Source: Octopus bimaculoides (taxonomy: Eukaryota). Taken from it: DNA of 64,000 nucleotides. The notes beneath the pieces are model-generated. The model was given only the letters and a program-made list of their open reading frames with translations. It had not been told where the DNA came from and did not search any database. The stretch's first letter is position 1, and every line of letters starts with the position of its first letter. Location of the stretch: positions 8,890,486-8,954,485 of the forward strand of contig NC_068989.1 in NCBI RefSeq assembly GCF_001194135.2, written 5' to 3'. This document shows, piece after piece, positions 38,401 through 50,800 of this stretch. Both the position numbers and the translations under genes were made by a program.

Positions 38401-40630
38401 TGTCAAGCACAAAATAATTCCTCTCGTTCAAACAATTAAATCATTAAAACACAATATAAATCACAGTCAAAAAAATCTGAAAATGAAAAGCAAAAGACCC
38501 ACTTATACAAAATGGGTTGAGAAGTAACAAAATAATAGAATTAAAAGAAACTTACTCGATGTTGGAAAAAGCTGGGATCCAAGTATTTATCAAACCTATC
38601 TGCAAACTTAATGGATGATGGGATCCATTTTACCTGGGATGAAAGCAAAATGGAAATCATTAAGAGACACAAAATGAAACAATTCAACACAAGGCTATTC
38701 ATTACAAGTAAATATGTAACCAAGCTGTACAATCAAAGTGTATGAGTGTACATCTACACTTTTTGTCATAGCAACAACTTTATGGCTCACTAGATGAGAT
38801 TCAGAGCACATTCATTCAGTATACAACATTAGCAATAAGTAATCTCAGTGATATAGAGAGGAGTTAAGCTGGAAGCCAGGAGGAGAAGGTGAGCAGTGAT
38901 TTGGCCACCTCTGCTGACCCACCAACAGGAGGCTGTTATGGTTTAGGGTCGAAACACCAAATGATCATTGTATACCGTTTGATGACATCAGTTCCTCCTA
39001 ACCAAAACCCCACTTACTTCATTGAGTGGAAAAGTAACACCTTCTAAATATTATCTCTTAGTATCAATACTGATGCTAATACATATTTATTTTAGAAATA
39101 GGAAGATGTAACAACTTGGCCTTACCTGGTAAGTGAAGGTTAACTTAATCTTAGGTTCAAGCTTCACCTTTGACTCGCTCGTCAGGTTTACATCAACTAT
39201 TTGTTTCCCATTGTAGCCAATGTCAAACTTCTTGTGTGTCCAGATGTAATAGGTTTCACCACCTTCACCAATCTCTCCAACAATACCTAGGAGTAGAACA
39301 GTTGAGCATTAAAGAGAATTACCTGAAAACCGTTGCTGAATATCATCATCATCATCATCGTAACATTTAAATTAGAAACGGAGCAAGAGTGTTTACAAAG
39401 TCACTCAGCATGTTAGAAATGGCAGCTAAATCACCAGTAAATCACACACCCTACCATCTGAGAATGAAAAGATTCATTGGCTGTCTGGAAAAGTAAGGGG
39501 GGACCCTTTCTTTTAGCATTTTTTACTTGTTTCTGTTATTGGGATGTGACAGTGCCAGAGGACAGCCTTAAAGGGTTTTAGTTGAACAAATCGACCCCTG
39601 TAATTATTTGTCTCTATTTAAGTCTGATGCTTATTCAAACGGTCTCTTTTGCCAAACGGATAAGACACAGTGATGCAAACAAACCATCAGCAGTTCTCAA
39701 GCAGTGGAGGAAGGAAAAACACACACATACAACACAGGCTTCCATACAGTTTCTGCCAACCAAATTCACTCACCAGGCTCACCAGGCAATGGTCAGGCCA
39801 GGGATATAATAGAAGGCACTTGCTTAAGGTAAGATGCTATGCAGTTGGACTGAACCCAAAACCACATGGTTGCAAAGTGAGCTTCTTAACCACTCAACCA
39901 TGCCTGTGTCAATGGCTGCAATGTCACTGATCATGAAGCCAACCCATCAGGACTGACCTGGGGTTAACAAAACTATCATAGTAAGCTGAAATTTGAACTT
40001 AATTGTTTTCTTTGGCTAAACATGGATTTGTTGGCAACCCACTTAAAAGATTTCAGAGAACAGCTGCCAACTTCAGATTCAATAAAAACAAAATTTTCTT
40101 CCTAATATATCAGTTTCCATTTCCATCTTGAAACCCTGTCGGATTAAACTAATCCCCAACATATCAGATAACAACCGAAAAAAGGAGAGGGGAAAATTTG
40201 AAGGGAAAGAAATTAAAATACATGAATACANNNNNNNNNNNNNNNNNNNNNNNNNNNNNNNNNNNNNNNNNNNNNNNNNNNNNNNNNNNNNNNNNNNNNN
40301 NNNNNNNNNNNNNNNNNNNNNNNNNNNNNNNNNNNNNNNNNNNNNNNNNNNNNNNNNNNNNNNNNNNNNNNNNNNNNNNNNNNNNNNNNNNNNNNNNNNN
40401 NNNNNNNNNNNNNNNNNNNNNNNNNNNNNNNNNNNNNNNNNNNNNNNNNNNNNNNNNNNNNNNNNNNNNNNNNNNNNNNNNNNNNNNNNNNNNNNNNNNN
40501 NNNNNNNNNNNNNNNNNNNNNNNNNNNNNNNNNNNNNNNNNNNNNNNNNNNNNNNNNNNNNNNNNNNNNNNNNNNNNNNNNATTAATATTCTAAATGAAT
40601 AACCAATTAACAATAGAATTGAACAAGAAA

Positions 40631-40673
<43 letters not shown>

Positions 40674-41758
40674 CAAATGTGTGTGCATGTGAATACATAT
40701 CATTTTCAATGACGATCTATTTATATTTAGCACAAGCACACAAAGCTGTGAGGATGACCATAAAAATGTCGACATATATTTTTAACACACTCCTGCACAA
40801 TAGAACATGAGGTCCTGTCTCACAGATAAACTTATCTCTATAGACTTAGTGTATAAAAACACAATGAGCCAAGCACTAGCTAAGAAACACCAGCAGACAA
40901 CCAGACAATGGTTTGGCATAATTTCACCTCTTCAGCAATAAACACTGCCTTGGTGATTGAGAGCCTAGGAACTTCCATTGCAAAATATGGCAACCAGCAA
41001 ACAGTACATTTACTGATATGTGTTGAGGCTTACCAAGGACATATCTTTATAGCAACTCTTGTTGCCTTGAATGTTTGTATTAAGTTAATGCCAACAGGGT
41101 AAAAGTTCCAGCTTAGTTAAAAATGCTCAAAATAGTGTCTACCACTGAAGAGACAAAATTACACCAAAACACCAGATCTTGTAGTCTGTTGACATCACAT
41201 GGAGTTTAGCTTGATGTGCTTTCTCACACTAATCTTATAGAGAAATTTTTCTTTTAGGTAAAATCCCACAGTAAATGGTGGTTACTGTTGTCGTAAATTA
41301 TTAATGAGACAGTTTTTCAGTAGAGGACAGGAAAAAGATGTGCTAAAACTACAGTTAGTAGGGCTGTGCGAGCATGTAAAATCACATATGTCTGAATGTC
41401 TGACTGTGCCTATATATGTGTGTATGCTAGTGTAGAGAAGATTGTTTGGTTAACAAGTCTGTTTCTTAATCTCATGGCTTTAGGTCTGGTGTTGCATCAG
41501 GAGGAGCAGTTGCTACTGCTAAGACTACAACAGCTTCCTGCTATCTCTGCTACTGTTGCCATTATCTTACCACCTCATTCATATTACTAAAGGGGAGGAC
41601 AAACCACTCCAACTACATCTACGGCTTCTACCATTTCCACCACCACCACCACCACTATGACTGCAACTTCTACAGGTGAGAATGTTACAGCTGCAACTGC
41701 TAATAGCTATTCCCTAAAACAAACATAAGGAACAAAATACAACTGCAACAGCTTAAAG

Positions 41759-41800
<42 letters not shown>

Positions 41801-44800
41801 TACTAGTATTACTACTACAACCTACTACTGCTAGGATCCAGTAAGCATCAAAAGGTAACAAGCTACCAACACCATGTGAATTTATAAGAAAAACACATTA
41901 ACTTTCAGAACTGTATTATGAAAGATTGATTTAATTTAAATCTAATTTCAATTTATTTTCCTTTCTCTTACAGCATGACTAAATCATTAAAAACTGAAAC
42001 TGGTAGCATAATTTGATAAAAATATGTTTATTCTTTTGTCCTTGCTGAGGCTCTCAAAGTATTTTCTTTTATTCTTTTAAAATAAATTTACTTGAATGAA
42101 ATCTCTCAACCTTTTTTAATATATATATATATATCTGAATTTTGGCTTTGCCACGTAAAAAGAACATGCTGATTCCATGTAAAAAGCACTTATGCCAGGG
42201 TCACGTAAAAAGTACTCATGCCAGTGCCACTTAAGAAGCACTCATGCCAGTGCCACATAGAAGGCTAACGTGCCAGTGACACGTAAAAAACACGCAGTAC
42301 ATACTGTAATGTGGTTGGTGATAGGAGGGGCATCCAGTCACAGAAACCATGCCAAATCAGGCTGGAACGTAGTCCAGCTCTGGTCAAACTGTCCAACCCA
42401 TACCAGCATGAAAAACAGACATATGATGATGATCATGACTGTAATTACATTCAAAGAATTTTGTAAGTGTAATAAATCTGAAATATTCGAATACAAAGCA
42501 CCCAAGTAGAATACTCACCCCAAACTGGTAGATCATCAATGTACATCTGGTACCAGTAATGATTTTTAACAGCATAAACAAATGCTTGATATTTTTCTTC
42601 TGTTAATTCTACGGTACAATATTCTGTTTTCGTAACTTCAGCTGCAGAAAGAAAATAAAATAACAATTAAAGCTAAATTCAAAATTATTCCAATACTTTT
42701 TAAACGCATAAATAAATCATAATGAAAATAATAACCAAATGTTATTAATTATAAGAATATTTTGCACAGTAACCCATTAGTGCCGAAATTTTTTTATTTG
42801 ATTACTAAAAATCTTTTTTTATACAACTGATACTAAAGATAAAAAAAATGTTATTACAATATTTGAAAGACAATCCAGACTTGATGACTAAAGATATCTC
42901 AGAAAATTACAGGTGCTGCAAAAATATGATGGATTATCCTTCTGGTCCTAAAAAAAGGACCATGGGCGCTAATGGGTTAAATACAGGGTTATTCAAAAAG
43001 AATGAACTGATTTCATTAGGCAATATTTTAATAAGGAAAAGCAATAGAAAACTCCAGCTGAGTCACAAGTATTTACTCACAATCAACTTTTAGTTCCTGT
43101 CTTACAAGTGTTCCATGTGGCCACCACCTGCAGCCATGGGCAACATCAACGTGACAAAAGAATTCCTCCCAGATGCCTATCTGCTTATCACGATCCACTG
43201 AGTTGATCACTGTTGTTATTTGATGTTTAAGATTTTTTCTTGTGGGGATATGTAAAAGATCGTGTTTATGTTCTGCCGCTACCCACTAACCTCAATGACC
43301 TTAAATATCAAATAACAACAGCAGATCGTGATATGCAGATATGAGTCTGGGAGGAATTCTCTAATCACATTGGTGTTGCCAGTGTTGCAGGTGGTGGCCA
43401 CATGGAACACTTGTAAGACAGGAAATAAAAGTTGAGTGTGAGTAAATACTTGTGACTTACCTGGAGTTTTCTATTGCTTTTCCTTATTAAAATATTGCCT
43501 AATGAAATCAGTTCATTATTTTTGAATAACCCTGTAAATACACACACACACACACACAGTGTAAACATAAAACATGGGCCAGTGAGGGTTAGGGTTAGGA
43601 ACACCCTATTGGCTTAAAAAACATAATAACAAAGAACACAAACTTTTGTAATCCTAGCTGGACACAATGTAACCAAAGAAAAAAAAAAAAAGAAAAAAAA
43701 CAAGACAGTCACATCTGGAACATTTCTGATCAAACATTTACTGGATTAGAGCAGACCTAAGGCTAAAGAACAAGAACTAGTATAAACACAGATTATCTAT
43801 ACACATTGAATATATATGGAGATGGGGATAAAGTAAAGGAAATGAATGCATAGGGAATGAATAGGTCAAACATCTCAGTGAACATTTTCGAGATCAGTAG
43901 ATACTTCTTTCATATAAGAAAAAAATCAATTACAAAATAAAATAAACGGCATTTTGCAACTTAAAACTAAGCAAAAACGTTGCATGAATAAACAGAGCCT
44001 CAATTTAATACAAGATGAAAACTGTAGCAGGAAATACCAAGTTGACATAGAAACAACCAGCACAACTATTGAGAAAGGCCAGAATCAATTTCCACAACAC
44101 CATAAATATATTTTGCTCCCAAAGTCAGATTAAACATGTCCATTGTAATTGATTTATAAATATATATAATGAATCAGCTTATATAATGTAATGACCTACA
44201 TTTTAGTATTTACTTCTTTGTTTATAAGACGTCTCAGGTGTGTCACGCTTCAGGTTCCAGCAGAAATCAGCCAGCATGGCTGGGCTCCATTTCCCCTTAT
44301 ACCTGTTTTCCATTGATGCTATACCTTGATGGAACCTCTCTCTCTCTCTCTCTCTCTCCATGTCCATCACTTACATCTCCTGCATTCTCTGAGAAGGACA
44401 GACGAGAATAAAACGTATCTTCAGTGACATATTGCATCCGAGATCATGGTAGCACTTGATTAGGCACTCCACTATACTCTCTCGCTGGGTCACTTGGTGC
44501 TTTCCCAAAAGTCCTTTGCATACATCTTTGAATGCATGCCAGGCCACTAGCTCAGTTTCATCCACAGTCGCTTCATCAGCTATAAGTCAATGAATCTGAG
44601 GGCCTACGGATAGGCCCACTTTAATCTCGGCACCGCTTATTTTCGGGAAGATCACCTTGAGGTACTGGAAACCTGGCTCGTTATGTTGCAGTAAATTGCT
44701 TCATTAGGCCTAGTTTTATATGCAGTGGTGGCAAAATGATTTTCTCCTTAACTAGTGGCTCATGATCTACATCATGGCATCCAAGCGTCATAGTTTCCTG

Positions 44801-47800
44801 ACGTAGCCATTCTGAGTGCACATAAGGTTCTGATCTGGCCCCACTCGCCCATTTGCAAAGGAAACAGTAACTCTGTGTATCCAGTCTGTAGCCCATTAAG
44901 CAGGGCTACTACTTTCAAGCCCGCACAACTTAGCCACTCATGTCCCTTGTAACTTATGTGGTCTAGAATAAAAGCGAGGTTCTCATATGCCTCTCTTAAA
45001 ATGAATGAGTGAGCAAAAAGAAATGAAGACATGGTGTTCCCAATGTGCAACAGAACAGCTTTTATGCTGTAAAGGGATGCATCTATGAATAACCTCCACT
45101 CATTTGGTTCATTAGTCAGCTCAAGGGCACTGAATCTCTGATATTACAATAAGTCAAGTTGTTTTCCAAAGTGAAGAATTGCTGTAGATCTGCAAAACGC
45201 TTCCTAAATACTGTAATTCAAGCATCTTTATCCAGTACGTCCCATTGCTGCAGACGTGAGACCAGGACTTCACTTTGTTGCTTAGTAAATGTTAAATCAC
45301 GAACTAGATCAGGATGGGTGATAAGGGGCAGTTTCTTGTCAGATTTACCATGGATATGGACCCATATAACTATAAAAATATTGAGTGTACTTTTATAATT
45401 TTCATAGGTTAGGTTGACAAATACCTAAAGAATACCTCATTAAAATTATATCAAAATCCATTCATAACTTTTAGAGTTGTCAGTTTCGGCCCAATATTGT
45501 TTGCACTCAATTCCTACAGAACCATCATTGTATTTAATATAAGATGGTAATTTACAAGAAACTGGAGGGTCACTGAAAGAAACGGATGTTATATTCACGA
45601 TCTACACACAAAATACCCTTAGAATACTCTCATTTCCATTTTTTTTTTCATTGTTATACAGTGTAATCAATCAATTATATAATAACCACCACAAGATCCA
45701 GTCCTTGCCATGATGTGGTGGCTTGTGTGCCTCAACAGTCTCTGAGAGCCATGAAAGATATGCCAGTGGAAGTACAAGCTCTTTGTCTGGCATCCCATGC
45801 TGGACAGGTCAAAGGATAGAGGCCATAATAATACAAGGTACCCTTCCCAGATGGGTTTGCATTGTGCCAACACCCCTACCTAGAAAAAAAGCAAAGTTAC
45901 AGAAGTCTCAATGACAATTCAAAACCAAGATATGGGACAGGAAGGCCTTCCTTCATGGAAACATGAATCCACAAAGGCCAGCAGAGTTGAAAATGTAGAA
46001 ATCCAGCAGGGAAAAAAAAGACAGGAAAGATAACCCTGAGTTGAGAACAGTAGGAAAAGGTCATCAATGGCTTATGCTCCATAGGGAACAAAAGGTTTGA
46101 GCAAGTAATAATTATATAAGGTCCCAGCAGATTTATAGAAAACGTCTCAAATACTCAATGTTAAAAGTGGTATCCATAACAATGTCAAGTCTAATCAAAA
46201 CAGTTTACCAAGAATTAGCAGGTTGGGGAATAAAAGCTCGTAAATATTTTATGCTATGAGTATGTTTACAGAAACGGAGAAAAAATACAAATCACGCACT
46301 GCTCTCATGTTACATCATTCAAATACTGCTGAATTCACATGTGTCAATAAAATGCAAGTAGTAAATAAACTATCGTTAACATGGTCCTTAAAGAAAAAAA
46401 GAGAAAGTGAGAAAAAGAAGCAAGACTGTCTTATGTATAAAGGAATTATACTTTATCTAGGAAGCTTACAAAGACTTGGATGAGCTGGTGCAGTTGTAAA
46501 CTTAGTCAAAATTAAATTATTTTTATTTTTCGTACTTTACTTTTAAACAGGATATCACCAGTGTACAATCACTAATTTTATTAACCAGTGTATAAACACT
46601 AATTTTGAATAGGTAGCATAAATTAACATTAAAAAAAAATAGATGTGAAAGAGATTTCAAACAATAGATTTTTTTTTCCCTTGTGTTTTTTTTTTGTTTT
46701 TAACCTTACATGTCTGAATTAGTTACAAAGATGAAACGCAACTGTATTCAAAACTTCTATAACTACATTAGGTTATTTGACTTAATAAGATTTTACAATA
46801 TAACCTTAATTACACATAAAATACATAAGTTGAGGTTTCAAATTAATTACTGATGTTTTGTTTTTTCCAATTATTATGAATATTAAAACCAGTCAAGATA
46901 CTTTAATTACTTTATGGAAATGACAATCGCTTTAAACTCATTCTCTCTCTTTCTCTACCTACGCCTCTTAACATCTGTTGCTTCTTCATTGCTCATATCG
47001 CCCAACCTCTCTCTCTCTGTACACTGCAACAGCAAGCATTCTCTTGCAGATACAAGGAGGGTAAATCCTCAGACACCATTCAAAGTTTTTACTCAAGTTA
47101 CAAAAGTCACAAACCAATTTCTGCAATTATGGCAAACAATCAAAAGTTTGAAACGCAACTTAATTTCATTTTGAATTTTAATAAAATATACACAACAGCA
47201 TATGTTACTCTGTTCACTTAAATATACTCTTTTGCTACTTGTTTCAGTCATTTGACTGCGGCCATGCTGGAGCACCGCCTTTAGTCGAGCAAATCGACCC
47301 CAGGACTTATTCTTTGTAAGCCTAGTACTTATTCTATCAGTCTCTTTTGCCGAACCGCTAAGTTACGGGAACGTAAATATACCACCATCAGTTGTCAAGC
47401 GATGTTGGGGGGACAAACACAGACACGACACATATATACATTTACGACAGGCTTCTTTCAGTTTCCGTCTACCAAATCCATTTACAAGGCTTTGGTCAGC
47501 CCGAGGCTATAGTAGAAGACACTTGCCCAAAGTGCCACGCAGTGGAAATGAACCCGGAACCATGTGGTTTGTAAGCAAGCTACTTACCACATAGCCACTC
47601 CTGCACCATCACTTTCAAGCTATATGATGCACCCTGTTACAATTACAGCATATGGGTGAATGATGTATAACCCAACACACTTCCTCTAAATAATTCCTCA
47701 TCAAAAATCTAAGAGTAGTTTAGTTATTAAAAAACAAATTCAATTGTTACTTTTTAACTTTGGTAGTAAGAAAAAACACATCAACGAATATAATTACAAT

Positions 47801-50800
47801 GCCGTGCGTGACATTGACATTTTTCTCTTCAGTTATTAGAAACGAAAAAAAAAAAATGAAAAAAAAAAATCAAGATGACTACAACATGTTGACTTTCTTC
47901 TAAGGTTACAAATGGTATTCACAGCCTCTACACAAATTTCTTTGTCAAATGTATTGCTTATTTTTTCACATTGCTTTGAATTCATACACCTTGTTTCGAA
48001 TTAATCTTGTAGCTTCAAGATTTTGAAGGCATTCTTTTATTCTTTTATTTGTTTCGGTCATTTGACTGCAGCCATGCTGGAGCACCGCCTTCAGTCGAGC
48101 AAATCAGCCCCTGGTCTTATTCTATTGGTCTCTTTCACCGAACCGCTAAGTTACGGGGATGTAAACACACCAGCATCGGTTGTCAAGCGATGTTAGGGAG
48201 ACAGACACAGACACACACACATATACACACACAGAAAAATAAAAGACGAAGGCAGGTGTATAAACAACAAGCAGTTGTATTAGTTTGACACTCGGGAAGG
48301 TGAGAAAGTGTTTTACATTTCGAACCTATGCTCTTCAACAGAAAGGAACACGAGGAAATAAACAGAGAGAGAATAAAAAAAACTTGTGGAGTTAGCGGTC
48401 AATCACAGCGACTCATATATATGACAGGCTTCTTTCAGTTTCCATCTACCAAATCCACTCACAAGACTTTGGTCAGCCCAAAGCTATAGTAGAAGACACC
48501 TGCCCAAGGTACCACGCAGTGGAACTGAACCCGGAACCATGTGGTTGGTAAGCAAGCTACTTACCACACAGCCACTCCTATTTTCAGAACGACATTGTAG
48601 AGTAGGTGTGAGAGGTCAAATCTGGTCAGATTTAACATAAAACAGGTAAAATATTCGGGTCAGATAAGGCCAGATTAAATGCTAAGGGGTTAAGTCAGTG
48701 TGGTTGTACCTGAAGTAACAGAGCTTCAGCAGTAATAATTCTGTTTATGCCAAATTCAAATCTCATTAATCACAACTGCTTTTCCTTGTATCAATGAAAA
48801 AAAAAAATCACTAGTGTTACAGGTATGAGATATATTGTCCCAGATGTTTCGGTGTCATTGATCTGATACTGACTTATTCGATATCAGTTGTATAACTGTG
48901 TCTCTCATTCCCCCACTGCACGCCAACCCTATTGTTTGTGTAGGAGCATATTTCTAGAGAAAGATTTTACATCAATAGTGTTCAATTAGCAAATTGTAAT
49001 CTCTCTCTCTCACACACATAGTCTATATGTGCATATTTATGTGTACATGTGTGTGCACAAAACATACTGGCACCAAAAACCGGTTGAATCTCCAGTCAGC
49101 CGTGCCGAAACATCAACACCCAAACATTTGTACCCAATCTTCTCATTCTGTGGTATTCGTTATTGGCTGCATTTTAGCATATGTCCAATAATTTATTTGG
49201 TTTCTTTTTGACCACTTCTTTCCCTCTGATGACTAACGAGGCCAATTCTGTGGTATTGTTGTTGGCACTCCGTCGCTTATGACGTCGAGGGTTCCAATTG
49301 ATCCAATCAACGGAACAGCCTGCTCGTGAAATTAACGTGCAAGTGGCTGAGCACTCCACAGACACGTGTACCCTTAACGTAGTTCTCGGGGATATTCAGC
49401 GTGACAAGGCTGACCCTTTGAATTACATGTACAACAGAAACAGGAAGTAAGAGTGAGAGAAAGTTGTGGTGAAAGAGTACAGCAGGGTTCGCCACCATCC
49501 CCTGCCAGAGCCTCGTGGAGCTTTAGGTGTTTTTCGCTCAATAAACACTCACAAAGCCCAGTCTGGGAATCGAAACCGCGATCCTATGACCGCGAGTCCG
49601 CTGCCCTAACCACTGGGCCATTGCGCCTCCACTCTGTGGTATTACACTGGAGATAATACAATTGACTGCAGGTGAGTTTGGCCTGAACAAGGAATGCTTA
49701 TTACTTACTATAGACAGATACTGTAACTTGACAGTCCATGGCAGGTTTATTCATTTTTGCCAGCTGAGTGGAACAAAGTGTTTTACTCAAGAACACAATG
49801 CATCTCCCAGTTCAGGAATCGAGACCACAATCTTATGATCACAAGCCCAACACTCTAACCACTGAGCCACGTGCCTCCACATGGATTTTAAGGGGAATAT
49901 TAATACGTGTGTTTGTTTCTTCAGGTAAAAGATGCCATAAAATTACTCTGGAAGATGGGAACAATAAGCACCAGCCGGAATAAATAGCATAGGAGCTTTT
50001 ATGGACATACTCAAAAACATTATTTACATTTGACGGATATTTGTCCTCATCTGCTTTGGTATGGTTTCTATAACTGGATGACCTTCCTATTGCCAAACTC
50101 TTTATAGAATCTACTGTGTTTTTTACATAGCAAAGGCTATAAACTTCAGTGAGAAAACTAAAACAGTTATTTTTCAAGTGAAGTCCTTTGCCATATATGT
50201 TTTGCACCAAGTTATAAAACACTAGGTTGTCGGTGTTGCTGTCAGAAATGCAGTGAGCCAGTTGGAAACTTGCAAGTGATAATGTTTAGTGGTCACCAAC
50301 TGACATAAAAAGAAAAAAATAGGTTATTTCAATTTTCCTTGGCTTCTTGCATCATCTGAAATTAATCAACTGTAAATTGATATCATTTCAGTTTATGAAG
50401 GTCAGTGAAATATTACTCAACAATTTGAGACATCTTTTACCAAAGTCTATCTTCTATTCAGTTACATTCTAATGCCCTGCCCCACAAAAGTTGCCGACAC
50501 TCTATAAGCCTTGAGTGAAGGCCACAGCAGAGCGCTGTTCTCACATCTAGGACAATGCTTAATCACTAAGTTAACAAATCCCTTAAGATTATCAAGTATG
50601 TCAAGGCACTAGATTAGTGAACAAAAAAAGCCCTAAGTTCAATCACAATATTGTATTTATATGGTTAATCCATATGACCCCGTAAGGAGCACAGGGCTGG
50701 TTTCCCGGTGTCTCTGGTGTATGAAGTATTGAAATCTTTTGTTTCAACAATTCAATTCAGCAATTATTATTACTTGCTTCAACAGAGAGAATATTCCAGA

